64,000 bases of DNA, taken from positions 112,988 through 176,987 of the forward strand of contig MNCI01001817.1 of the NCBI GenBank assembly GCA_015680685.1, written 5' to 3'. The translations under genes and the position numbers were made by a program. This DNA comes from Gnetum montanum. Taxonomy: Eukaryota > Plantae > Gnetophyta. Below are positions 50,898 through 63,960 of the stretch, in pieces (position 1 is the stretch's first letter; each line of letters starts with the position of its first letter). Under the pieces are notes generated by a model that saw only the letters and a list, made by a program, of their open reading frames with translations, made no database searches and was not told the DNA's origin.

Positions 50898-52462
50898 TGA
50901 AACATCATAAAATTTTGCATGTTATAACCAATTTTCATCATGTAGCTTTCACCCCATGAAACCTGATGCAAAATTTCATTGTAAATGTGAAACTTGTAAT
51001 CCAAACTGGGCAATTTCACATACTTTAAACTTTTGGGGTTGAAAAAATGCCTCATAAGTGGTTAAAGCCTCATTCCCCAAGTAAAAAATGTTACCTAGTG
51101 TCTATATTTGGNNNNNNNNNNNNNNNNNNNNNNNNNNNGTGGGGTGGTTAAAAATGACTTTTGGAATGCAAAAAAGGATAATTTGATGGGTTTTATGGGG
51201 GATATGCATTTTTCTATGCTAGAAACACTTGCAGGGGGCAGATCTCACCTACCCCTAGCATGGAAGTATGGGGGGTTTGGAAAATTTCCCTCCTTCAATG
51301 TGGAGACCAAATGAACAACTTGGAAACTTTCCCCCAGCTTGGAAGCTTGCCCTCCTTAGCCTAGAAAGTTTTCCCCCAATATGAAAGTTTTCCCCCTAGC
51401 GTGGAAAATATAATCCCCCAACGTGGAAGCCATAAGGAGCAGAATTCATCAATTGATGCACTTCAACATTGGCAAGTTACTTCAACAAGCATGGTGGAGA
51501 GCTCAACATGGAAGATTCATCTCCAGCGTAGAAGGTGTGCCCCAGTTACTATTTATAGTAAATAGAATGGCCATGGGAGAAGCAATTACTATGTATAGTA
51601 ACCCCCAAAATTTGGGCATCCATATCACCTAAATTTGCAGCCATTTTTTAGCTAATTCTCAACCATTTTACAACTAATTTGGAGCCAAATCATAGCCAAT
51701 TTTTAGTCCCATTCATGGCCTAAAGACCCTATAAAATCCAACCTCAAACATCATTTGGAGGTTCTAGAACTTTTCAACAAGTGAAGCATTTTTTGTTCAA
51801 GCAATTCTTAAGAAATTTGCATACAACAATTCCACACTTGGGGCATTTTCAAGCACTCAAGAGCTCTTGCAAGTTCCCATATTTGCATTCTCTTGAAACC
51901 CAATGTGGAAGTAGTGAGGCCTTGAGATTTGGTAGATTTTTGATGTTAACATTGCACTTCTAGGATTCCAAACATAGCATGGAGCAACTTAGCATCCAAA
52001 TATTCCACTTTTCTCACCCCCCAATAGTGATCCAATTGGTGAATCCAAGGTTGTAGTAGCAAAAGAAGATTTGATAACATCAAGAGTGGCTTAGCACTTA
52101 GATCGTGGAGTGAATCAACTTGGCTTTAATGGGATTTGAACTCTTGCACAAGTGAACCCCCTTTTTGCTCATCTAGGCATCATTTGTACACATTTCTATA
52201 ACTTATTCTTTATTCTTTTTTCAATAAAGTTTAAAGTTTTGAGTTTTGTGTTCAAAAATAAATTTATTATTTGTGCATTATTCAGATCTATTCATATTTT
52301 CATGTTTTTCATCTCATAAGTCCTTGGTTGATCTGCCAGACTAGCTAGGATGCCTTGAATCCCATTTTTATTATAGACACCCTTGGGATTTGAGGTTGGA
52401 AAATTTCTTGCACCAAACAACCTTGGTTTTCATTCCAGCAATCGAGGTTTTTGGTCACAATA
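50898..52462 (+). repeat. 5' LTR of the second Tat element
   Basis: Termini resemble those of the first element's LTR; CCCTATAAAA at ~51727; N gap 51112-51138. Confidence 0.75.
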
Positions 52463-52469
52463 GTTTTTT

Positions 52470-52486
52470 TGGCACTAGAAGGAGGG
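52470..52486 (+). promoter_or_regulatory. Primer-binding site, tRNA-Asn type
   Basis: TGGCACTAGAAGGAGGG just after the LTR end. Confidence 0.85.
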
Positions 52487-52739
52487 CCTTTTCCTATATT
52501 TTGTAGCTAGATGTATTAGTTTTGTTGCCATTTGCAAGGTTTTTCTTGATTTTTTGTAGCTAAAACCTTTGAGGAATTAATACTGGTCTTTCCTGTCCTA
52601 TGACCAAAACTGCAACATGAAAGTTGGATGTGAATTTTGCAGCCCAAAGCTAGCATTGATATCTCTTTCCCCTTATTGTTTTTATTACCAAAATAATTTT
52701 CTCTAGTTTGTAAGGTGGGTGGTTCAGCTCATTTGTGAG

Positions 52740-53445
52740 TTGGATTTTCCCCTACTTTTCCAAGCTGAGAAAGTTAACAATTGGCTAAAACCAATTTAGT
52801 GGAAAAATACTAACTTTCCACTTTGGTTTTTAGCCTTTCTTGCCATCAACATTAAGGTAGGCGGTGTGAGATTCCTATCATCTCACCCCCTTCTTTCCCT
52901 CCTTTTCCATACCCAGCATGGAAGCAATTGGAAGGCTAGCATTGGTGAAGTTTGAAACCAATTTTATAAGTAGATTTGCTTTTTTTGCAAGTTGAAAGCC
53001 ATTTTCTAGCCAAAACTCCCAAGGAACCCAATGCTATCTTTAGCCCCTTTGTAGTAGAAACCTCAATGTGGAAGTTGTAGGTGGTTTGGGTGCTAGAATT
53101 TCACAACATCTATTGTGAATTCCTAAAGCAAAGCCACCGTAGAAGCCTTAATAAAACTTTAATTTTTGTTGCCATAATCTTTGGCACTAAACTAATGTTG
53201 GTTTCCATACCAACCAAGTTTACTTTTCCCTCCTTTTTGGTGAAAGTTGGCAGCCTGCCAAAACCATCTTTGGAAACTACCATGTTTCCATTTTTGATCT
53301 TCAAAATTTTCCCTCCTCTCTCCAACGTTGGAATAAGATGTGAGATTTCCATTATATCACCCCCCTTCTTTTTCCCTTTGCCATACCCAGCATAGAGGCA
53401 CTTGGAAAGCCAACTTAGGTGAGGTTTGAAGCCAACATTATCAAT
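52740..53445. repeat. Diverged duplication in the 5' leader (period ~475 bp)
   Basis: 52770-52968 resembles 53241-53441 (TGTGAGATT…TCACCCCC…CCATACCCAGCAT…GGTGA.GTTTGAA.CCAA). Confidence 0.75.
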
Positions 53446-53621
53446 ATACTATTTCTAGGAAAGGAGTAAACCCCCCTTATCCCCCACTTACTAATTATAG
53501 CAAGTACATCATTTATTTGCCATTTTTATTTCTTCCAAGAGTTTTTGAATTTCATTCACTATAATTTACTCCTATCTTAACATTTATAGCCTATTCTTAA
53601 GAAATTATTAGCATTATAACC

Positions 53622-56600
53622 ATGGCTTTTTGAAAATCCACAAAATTTCCCTTCACCTTCATTGCAAAGATCATAAATAACAAGTCATAAGGATGTATTA
53701 TCCCAAAGACCCTACAGTCATTGAGTGTAGGCGATTTTTAAGAGTTAGAGGGGAGAGTCTTGATTTTCTAGCCATTAATGAGGATCACTATAACTTCATT
53801 TGTGCCAAAATATAGGTAGGCATGTTAATTCTACGAATTGAAGCCAAGGTCAAAAGTGAGTTTGAGCTCATAAACAGGGGGTGGAAAAGAGTACATCCCT
53901 TCTCCATATGAAGAAATTTCCCTTAACAACATCTATTCTAGTGTCCTAGCCCAATTGATTACTAAAAAAGAGGAAGATGACCAGCCTACCTTTGGGGAAC
54001 AACAAGAAGAGGAGGATGAATTTAGGGTAGCATCTGAGCTTAAAAACATCATTGGAGGATTGTTCTAACAAACATCCCCAAAATCACAGAACCTTCCCCT
54101 AATGCCTTTGTTTTCTCTATGGGCATGGTGCTACCATCTTCCACTCCTTTGTGTCCTACTATGGTCAATCCCATGCCAATTGTAGCTACATATTACACTC
54201 AGTTAATGCCATAAACAACAAACCATAGCACATCAATGCCATTTGCAACATAACCTTAATATACCAAAGCATCAACAGTGGCTTTTACCATCGCAAACCC
54301 ATTAACTACTCACATGGGGTCCACCATGAGACCCCTAGCAACACAAGGGTCACACACCACATTTGTCTCATTTGTGCCTCAAGTGCTAGCATAAACATCT
54401 TTTACTTTATTTAGCCCATATGCCACAACCATAACACAACCTTTTCCTTTTGTCATGCAATCCATAATGAGGCCACAAGCCTCATAATAGATTCCACAAC
54501 CTTATGTACAAACCTTGCAAACTATAGGACCACCACAAGGCTTGGATCAAGCCTTCCAAATGATCCAAGACCTAACAAAGGAGTTGAATAGGCTTAAAGC
54601 ATCTACCACACAAACTGTAAATAATATGGACTTCTGCTAGGATGATTCCATAAGTCCTATAGTCCCACCTTTGACACTTCTTCTTGGTATCCCCATTCTA
54701 TAATTTAGCAAATATAATGGAGAAGGTGATCCTAATGCTCACCTTATTATCTTTCAATCAAAATATTTACTCTTACACCCCTGGCCTCATACCATCATGA
54801 GGATTTTCCCTATCTTTGACTAGAAAAGCACTCGATTGGTATCACACAATTCATAAGGGGTCCATATCCTCTCTGGAAGACTTAGTAGCACAATTTGTCA
54901 ATCAGATCAAGTATAACTTGAAGCCTGACACAATGATTTACCAACTTATGAAGGTCAAGTAGGATTCCTTAGAACTTGTACAGAAATTCATTCAACAGTG
55001 GAATGGACTACTAAATGAAATACCAAAGTGCATAGCCAAAGCCCACTTGTTAGCCATATACAAGGGAGTAGTTAATGACTTCATCAAGTCTAAACTCTAT
55101 TATCTTGATTCATGATCTCTTAGCCTAGCATTCTCACAAACTAAAAATATAGAGGATGCCATAGAGGATAGCCATGATGCAGCCTATATATCATATAAAA
55201 ACCAACATGCTTGAAGAGACAAGGAAAAGAGCAAATAAAAAAACACTACTATAGCAACTGTAACCAATGAAACCAAGACCATGAACCAAGGGACGAAGGT
55301 TAACTCGCCTAAGGCTTCCACCAATGATCATAATAACCAACCATAAACTTCTGGGACCACTACACTAAGAACAAATAGACATAACTTTGAAAGGAAGGAC
55401 AAGTCTAAATATACTACATTGTGATTAAGACCATCCAAGTTTCTAGACCAACTATTAAGAAATGGACATATGGAACATAAAAAAATGACTGAAGTCACTT
55501 GAAAGAAACATGAGTGACTATGTGAAATAGGCAAGGATCCCACTTGAGAAATGAAGGATGATCCTTCATTGCCTAAATAATTTAAGATAGATTAATTTTT
55601 CCATTATCATCAACTACTTGGTCATGATGCAGACTTCTACCTTATGCTAAAGGATGATAAATTGGTGGGGGGTGGGGGGGCGATTGGTCTTAGATGTTTC
55701 TAACCTAGTTCAACCATAAAACTAGTCGATGCAAGTTTATAAAGACCCATTGAATACTAATGATAGCCCCTATGTTATTTTAGCATTCAACATTGATGAT
55801 AATCAGAGACCTACCAGAGAACCATTTGTGATCCAAGTACCCCTCTACAATGAAAAGGCTTCTTCGGCTTCCCATAGCCCAAGATCCCATTTTTTTGTGA
55901 GAGTACCATCACGAATACCTCCAATAGAGCCTTTTTTCATCAAGGTCTCCCAATCCAATACACCCCAAATAGTTGTAGCTTGAACAACTACATAATGACC
56001 CCCTATGATAGCCAATGCTACTACCTCTTCCTTACAGCCAATGACTAACAACCAAAAAATTTAAGCCAACCAAGGAAGAAGCATAAGCAAGAGCTTGATA
56101 ACAAGGGAGACAAGTAGATAGAGGCATGAAAGGAGGTGGATCCACCGAAGCCTACTCCCATTTTGATCATACCTATGACCTTATTTGCTCCATCTTCTTC
56201 AACCAACAAGCCACAAGAGGACACCACAGCCTATAACCAAGACAACCAGGAAGAGCCACAATAGTGATAGCCTAAAGCTGAATTCTACATTTTGGGATGC
56301 ATGGATGAAGTAAAGCACAACTAGGGTGAAAAGCCCATGGCCAACGACAAAAAATTCCTTAGTACAATGGACCAAGTCAGGCAATCACTCAAGAAGAAAA
56401 ACACAACTTTAAGCTTGTATGACCTAATCATGACTTCCATCATACATTGTGAGGTGCTGGTTAGAATGTTGACCTCCATACCCATTAGTGCTGATATTCT
56501 TGCTAATGAGAAAGCCATCCATGTAGTGATGATTCCTCCATCGTCAAGGGAGGAGAAACCAACACCCTTGACATTTCACAATAGTGAAATTAAGGTGAAT

Positions 56601-57255
56601 GCCTAGAATGGCAAGGTGACTACAACCCATTTATTCATAATCATATGCATGGACAATTTAAAATACATTGGGTACATGTTTATGATGGAGCTGCAACCAA
56701 TGTCATCCCATGCACCATCATTGAATCCTTGGGCTTAACTGAGCAAGTACAACCTACAACCACTGCAACTCTTAAGTCCTTCAATGGATGAAGAGTTTCC
56801 ATCAAGGGGTTTATCTCCTTGAATTTTGTAGTCAAAGAACAATTTCCTATAACCACAAACTTCTTGATGGTTGGAGAGACACTAAGATTCAACTTGATCC
56901 TGGGAAGACCTTGGTTGGCTCAATTATGAGCTATCTCCTCACTCATCCATCAAGAAATTCACCTTCCTTATGAAGGAGGTGAAATCATTATTCATGGTGA
57001 TAACATAGTTTCCCTATCTATCAACAACATAGACATAGGGTAGTGGTCTGAAATGGAGCTTCCAGAAGAAGCTCCTAGCCATGAAGAGAAAAAACCCAAG
57101 ATAGCCAATGTTGACAACAATAGGCAATGGGATACATTATGGGATGAGATCCCTTTTAACATTGCAAGCAAAGGGGATGGTGAATAAAAGCCTATGCAGA
57201 GTAGGCTTTACTCACTCCCTAATCTTGCAAAGATTAGGAAGAGTTTGCACAAGTG
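53622..57255 (+). pseudogene. gag: gag-protease pseudogene
   Basis: FSKYNGEGDPNAHL, LD WYHTIHKGSISSLEDL, VYDGAATNVIP, FNLILGRPWL. Confidence 0.88.
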
Positions 57256-59073
57256 AAGTTTACCTTTACCTTCCCATGCCTCTATGACTAGATGTAATGA
57301 TAGTTGAATAGCATTATTTTTTCTTTTGCAATTTATTATATATTTGTTATTTCATGCACATAGCCTATATAACTACACTTCTTTCTCCATAGGAGGAGTT
57401 TCTTCTATACCTCATCCTCTACCTCTTTTTCTAGGTCTCTTCTCCCTTAGTTATAATAGCCCTTCAGCTTTGGATCTCTTTGGTGGCATCTTCAATCATA
57501 AAGAATTTTAAGATTATTAAAATATTCTAGAGAGATCTCTAATGATTCATAATCCTTAATCAATTTTTAGGTATGATTAAAAATATTAGAGATAATTAAT
57601 TTTATTTTTACTTTGGATTATAGAGTTTGAAAAATTTGTTAACTCAAACAAAACCCTTATTTAGAAAAACACCCTTATTAAATAATCCATTGAAAATAAT
57701 TTTATTTTGATGATCCTTCACTATTCTTAATTTATTGTTTAAGATGTATTTGAATGGTTAATTAGAAAGAATCATTAAGTTTATTGGTTTATATTAGATC
57801 ACAATATTATTATTTCTTATTGTTCTTACCCTTAATTATTCTTTCAAGCATTAGATAATTTCAATGCAATTTGTAAAAACTATGTGCAATGCTCTTCCCC
57901 ATGACTCAGATGGTCACTTCATGAGAAAAAGCAATCAAGAAAGACTTAAATTGGATGTACAATAAGGAATATATGGAGCTTTGAAGTTTATTAGATAGAA
58001 CAACAACATGAACTTCCCTTGTTTGAAATGGTGAAATGCAAAATTTTCTTGACAATTCATATGTATATATAGATTTTTATAAGGGTGATATCATAGATGC
58101 ATCATTGTTGCTGCAATATCATAGCCCTTATCATATTATATCTACAATATCATCATTGAAATTTTCAAAATTTTTGTGAAATCTAATGGAGAAAATGGAT
58201 GGAATTGGTAATCTACAAGATGTAAAGATGATCCAAAGTGTTCTTGATCATAGATGATGCTTAAAATATCAGAATGTGTTGTCAAGCATATGTGAAATAA
58301 GGATTTTGGATGAGGTAAGTTAATTAAGATTTTAGAAGATGGTTTGATCAAAATTGCTAAACTTATGAGTATGAATATGTAGGAAAATAATTATGATTAC
58401 TTGAGTATTCATGAGGTACAAGATGATGTGGAATTTTTCATCAAGTATGAAACACAAAAATTATACAAATGTGTCCTCCCCATAGTAGGATTTTCCCCTT
58501 AATGCTCTCGTATGACCACAACTACAACTATCTATGGACACTTAAGTAGTTGAATATAAATCATACCTATTTTCAAAAATACACCTATTAGTATTACTCA
58601 AATAAGAAAATAACACCGTATTATACAAAACCATCAAATTATAATTATATATAATAATGAGGTGGAATGATAATAGCAAAGATTGCAGAAAATGGGATGT
58701 GAGATGTCTTACCATAGAAATAATGAATTCTATGTATAAAGGTTGGTGAAAAAGATCATTAGCATTTCCATCTAAGATCCAAACCAAGTCCTTACTACTT
58801 ATCAAATACATCACATTGTACCATCCTAACACTAACAACCATAAGAATATCATGACTACAAAAAACATTATTACTTGGTAATGAAGTACAAGGAAGAAAT
58901 TTACTAACTACATAGTTTATTTTAAAGGAGTCATATTCATTAGATAGAGGAGTGTCTTCAAACATAGGTAACATGTCTTTCTATCTCCATAACTAAGATG
59001 AGTCTAAGTAACCTTGAAGTTTCTATGAAGTCTCATACCTTCAAGCATGAATAACTTGTCTATAAAGTGGAAC

Positions 59074-59284
59074 CTCCTAAATGAACAACTAGGATAGAAT
59101 CCTCCTCCCTAGACCATGAAACATAGCCAGATTGTCTCAAAAATTAAACAACAATGCTCTCATCTTCCACAGTAGCAATTACCATTTGATGGTCATCTAA
59201 TTATAGAAATAGATGCATCACAAGAATTCTAGGGAGTCACTCTCAAAGAAGAAAAGGATAAGGTAGTAAGAATATGCAGGTATG
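59074..59284 (+). repeat. Displaced copy of the viral RT/RH junction (matches 62363-62573)
   Basis: Both run CTCCTAAATGAACAACTAGGATAGAATCC…GTAAGAATATG.AGGTATG with scattered substitutions. Confidence 0.95.
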
Positions 59285-59299
59285 TAAATGAGGATTCTC

Positions 59300-62200
59300 A
59301 ATCCATGATATTAGACTCCGAGAGTAAATTAGATTCAAAAGAGGAGAATATCCTAAGAAATCTTGAAATGTATACTCAAAATCCTTAAGAATATCAGGCC
59401 ATCTCTTCTAGACCTCTCAGTGAAAGGGAACCAAGGTTCTCCTTGGATAATTATACATTTGCATAAATACAACAAGTTTTAGATAAGATTATAGGTTTCA
59501 TAGATAGACAAGTAGTCCTAGATAAAAAGTTCTATGAAACATGTCATACAAAATATTGTATTTAATTTTATAGAAAATCTTAGGAGATGTTGGAATCAGA
59601 TTGACATCAACATAAAAAGGAAATTATTATACAAACCATCTATGTTCTTTATTAATACTATAACTAAAGAATTTCTAGGTCATAAAGAAAATTATATTAC
59701 AACATGTCAAGAACATTTTTCCAGCACTAGGTTACAACACATTCAAGATACTGAATAATTCTTGACTCAAGTGGAAGACTGGTATTACAGAGAAAAGCTA
59801 ACACATGACAAATTAGCTAAAGAACATCTCATGGGCACTATGCCTTATCCATTTGGAGAAAAATATTTACAAGAACTAAAATATCGCAATAGAACTCTAG
59901 ATGATGTTAGTTTTAGCTATATTATCCAACTCATCAATGATGTGAACAAGGACCTCTGTCATGATCTTAGTGCTCAATCTACTATTAAGCAGATTAACAA
60001 AAAATTAGGAAAATCATTTTATGCCTCTGTATGTTTGGAACATAAATGGTTAAAACAAACCTAGCAAGAAAAGCGTTGTTGCCATAAATCATATAAAAAT
60101 AAATATCCAAAATCCAGAAAACAACATAGATGTAGGCAATGGTGAAACAAACTTGAAGAACAACCCCAACGTATCTTTCATGGAATGTTCAAATGCCACA
60201 AACAAAAACTTCCCAAAGGACAAGTTAAGTGTTTTGTATGCCAAGGTAATCACTTAGCCCGCATTTGTCTTGATAAAGAAAAACACAATTAGCATACAAT
60301 CTTTCTGAACAATATTATGAGTTTCTAAATAACTATTGATTCCTTTTGAACCTAGTTATATCCTCATTGAGTCTAATGAATATTCTAATTATGATGCTAG
60401 TGATAATAACCCTTCTTTTCTCTCTGGGGGAAATGAGCATAGTAGTTACTCTGATGCATATTACTATTGTAATATGAACACATGTCACACAAGTAGAATA
60501 AAACCTCCTCCTAAACCCTTGTAATCAGAAAGATCTTTTGATAGTCAAATAGACCCAATAGAAAGTGATCCTACATATAAAATTATTAAGTCTCAATTAT
60601 ATCATCTTCAAGAACAATTAGAAAAACAACCTATAGATGATATTAATAGGATCATGTCTCTTAAATGAAGAATTAAAGATAAAGAAAGGAGGCTTGATGA
60701 AAAAAGGTATGCCATAGAAGAATAGTGGCAAAAGTACCTAGACTCACAACCAGTAGAAGAGGATGATGAAGTAGATCTAGAAACAGAAGAAGAAGTAGAA
60801 GAAGATGAAAAATCCACAAGGTCTATAGGAAGGAAAACTCAAGAGAAAATTCCCCTTCTTGATGAATCTTTTCTAAGAACACAACGTATATCCCAACTAA
60901 GGAAGTACATTCAATGGGCCTCTTATAAACTAGCTGAATTAGAAAAAATAGAAGAAAGTTATTAGAGATAGAAATATCAAGAAGAAACACAAGCCATGCT
61001 TGTCAACCTAATTAATAATAATAAAAGAGAAACCTCATTACCCATATGTACGTTTTCTATTAAAATATATGGTATACATTCTTATCCTATAGATGCCTTA
61101 ATAAATACTGGAGTAGAAGTATCTTTAGCTAGATGGAAAGTTATTCTAAATTACTTATGGGAAAAGAAAGAAAAGACATATGTTTCTTTTAATACACAAA
61201 AGGTTCCCATGGAATACAAAGCTAAACTTCCTATTAAAAATTTAGATAATAGGATATTAGTATTATATTTTTTTCATTGTGAAATAAAATTTTATGACTT
61301 ATTAATAGGTACGGATAATCTAGCCAAACTAGAACCCTATATAATAGGCTCTACATACATCCTACTAGGAGGACATACTTTCAATTGGTAGAGCATGTAC
61401 AAGGCTCAGTTTCTCCAAAAGAAGCCTTTAAAAGCTTGCAACCTTGCATGGGTGGTCAACATAGTAGAAAGAATGAAGAACCAATTTGAGGCAATTCAAA
61501 CTAAGTTTCTCACACTAGCTAATGATGACCCTATAATCTTTAGACATAAGAAGGAACACTAGTGCAACATTGATCTAAAAGAAAATGTAAAAATAAAAGC
61601 CAAAGCTCACCATATAGGAATTTCTCCTTCTCTAAAGCAAGAATGTAACAAAGAAATAAACACACTAAAATAAAAGAATCTTATACAGCTAAGTAATAGC
61701 ATGTTTTCCTGCATTGCTTTCTTTGTTAATAAAAGAGTAGAACAAGTGAGAGGAAAGAAAAGACCAGTGGTTAATTATAAGCCATTAAATGACATAGTAA
61801 AACCTATACAACATCCTATCCCCAACAAGGATGATCTATTACAAAGATTATTACACACCCATGTATATTCTATGTTTGATCTTAAATATGGGTTTTGGAA
61901 AATTTAGATACATCCACAAGATCACTAGAAAATATCTTTTATAGTTCCAAGTGGATTATATGAATGGTCTGTCCTTTCTTTCAAATTAAAAATAGCCCCA
62001 TCTATATTCCAAAAATATATCGTCTCAATTTTTAGTGCTTATCCTTTTATCATTGTATATATAGATGACATTCTTATTATGAGTAAAAATCCACAAGAAC
62101 ATTTGGAACATTTAGAAAGCTTTTCCAGATCATCAATAAAAATGTCTTAGTCTTATCTTGAACAAAAATGCAAATAGCTAAGGAAAAGATAGATTTTTTA

Positions 62201-62869
62201 GGTCTTGAAATAAGACAAGGATCTATTCCCCTTTAAAACCATATCCTAGAATCTATTAAAGCTTTTCCTAATGACCTTATAGATAAGACACAACTACAAT
62301 GATTTCTTGGATGCATTAATTACATCTCAAGATTCTATAAAAATCTAGCTAAGGATAGAAAACTCCTAAATGAACAACTAGGATAGAATCCTCCTCCTTG
62401 GACCATGAAACATAGCCAAATTATCTTACAAATCAAACAACAGTGCTTTCATCTTCCACAATTGCAATTACCATTTGATGGCCATCTCATTATAGAAATA
62501 TATGCCTCACAAGAATTCTAGGGAGCCACTCTTAAAGAAGAAAAGGATAAGATAGTAAGAATATGTAGGTATGCATTAGGAAAATTCAATCAAATCAACT
62601 AACATAGCACCCATAAAGAACTTCTAGCCATTGTAAAAGGAATTGAGAAATTCTGACTGATTTTTCAAAACCAACACTTTACAATTAAGAGTGATTTAAA
62701 ATATTTTCATAAATATATTTCTTCTAAAGCTCTAAATAAGGTTGCACAAACTAGGTTAATTAGATGGGTCTTATTTCTTGCAAATTTTGAATTTAATATA
62801 GAATATATAGATGGTAGACATAACAGTTTGGCCAACTTCTTAACAAGAGAGTTCCAACTCTATAGTTGA
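59300..62869 (+). pseudogene. Caulimovirid CP-AP-RT-RNase H polyprotein pseudogene
   Basis: KCFVCQGNHLARIC (60226-60267); IDALINTGVEVS; AFFVNKRVEQVRGKKRPVVNYKPLN, YSMFDLKYGFWKI, GLYEW, IVYIDDILI; RH KELLAIVKGIEKF…RLIRW…IDGRHNSLANFLTR; stop at 62867-62869. Confidence 0.9.
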
Positions 62870-62902
62870 GCCACTAATGTGTTTTGTTGTTTTATTTTGT
62901 AG

Positions 62903-63779
62903 ATATTCTAACCTAAGAAGGATGGTTACTCAAAACTTCAAAAAGAATAAGAGCTTGCAAAGCCAATGAAATCTTCATGCTTACCCTGGAATAGGAAACT
63001 ATAAGAATCCACCATGGGGCAGACTTCACATGTCTTAGGACTTTCTTCCATTTTGAAGATAATGTTGGACAAATCAAGCAACTAAATTATCATCCCATGA
63101 TTCCTTTGAAATGACCAATCTTAATTTTGACCCTCATCATCCTTCTCATGAGGATGGTGATGAAGATGATGAAGGACTCTACTCTTTTCGTGGTCTATTA
63201 CATTGGCCTTTGTACTAGCCAAGTCCATTTCATCATTCTAGGATAGAAATTAACGAGTGGGCAGGTCCCAATGAGGTTTTCTCGCAATGGTGGGACAAGT
63301 ATGATTATCCTCCCTGATATTATTCTTCCACTTATCCATGACATCTATTAAGGAGGCATAATGAGCATCATGGAGACTTTATCTATTATAGTGACCTACA
63401 AGCAAGGGGCTAGTATACATTAATGTATGATGAAAATCCCCATTATTACCTGGCCACTTGTATTACCCACTAAATAGATTGGTCTAATCCATGGGGCTAT
63501 AAATTCTTCTAGGACATCTACACCAGTAATAAGAGAGACACTGAGTCCTATTGTTAGGAGCATGGTAGCCAAAATTCTAGAACACACAATCTAAAGATGC
63601 TTGGCCAAAGGATTGCACATGTTCATGCAAATAGTATAGGATATCAAATCCTAGATTTCCTTTATGATGGGCTCCATGTCTCTTTCTTCACTCCTCCACC
63701 TTCTCCTCATCCATGGAGCTCACCAAAAGATGATTATGTCAAATCAGATGGTAGATATGACTCCCCTGCTGATGCATAA
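62903..63779 (+). pseudogene. Unknown ~290-codon viral ORF downstream of RNase H
   Basis: Follows a strong 3' splice-site-like tract; reads with one frameshift and stops explicable by C>T/G>A, into ORF 63597-63779. Confidence 0.55.
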
Positions 63780-63789
63780 TAGTATCATG

Positions 63790-63960
63790 CATAGTATGAT
63801 GCTCTGTAAAGTGTGTCTATGTGTTACTTTTTAAAAATAGCTTTTGTAAAGTAGATTCCTTTTTGATAAGGTCTAGTAGTGTGGTGGTTGTGTAAACACA
63901 CTACCAATAGTGTTGTAAAACTCCTATAAAAGGAGTAGTCTGGAATGCTTAAGAGGAATC
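63790..63960 (+). promoter_or_regulatory. Putative viral pregenomic-RNA promoter (TATA box)
   Basis: CTCCTATAAAAGG at 63921-63933 in the intergenic region after the last ORF, the usual position of caulimovirid promoters. Confidence 0.55.

Larger units (their letters stand above)
50898..57330 (+). mobile_element. Second Tat-family element (LTR, PBS, leader, gag-PR), 3'-truncated, head-to-head with the first
   Basis: LTR starts TGAAACATCA at 50898 and ends ~52462; PBS at 52470; gag-PR homologous to 45.0-48.7 kb. Confidence 0.85.

Noticed and set aside
57350-59070. Caulimovirid movement protein upstream of the coat protein
   Set aside because: I could not find 30K-family motifs in the frames examined; origin left unassigned.
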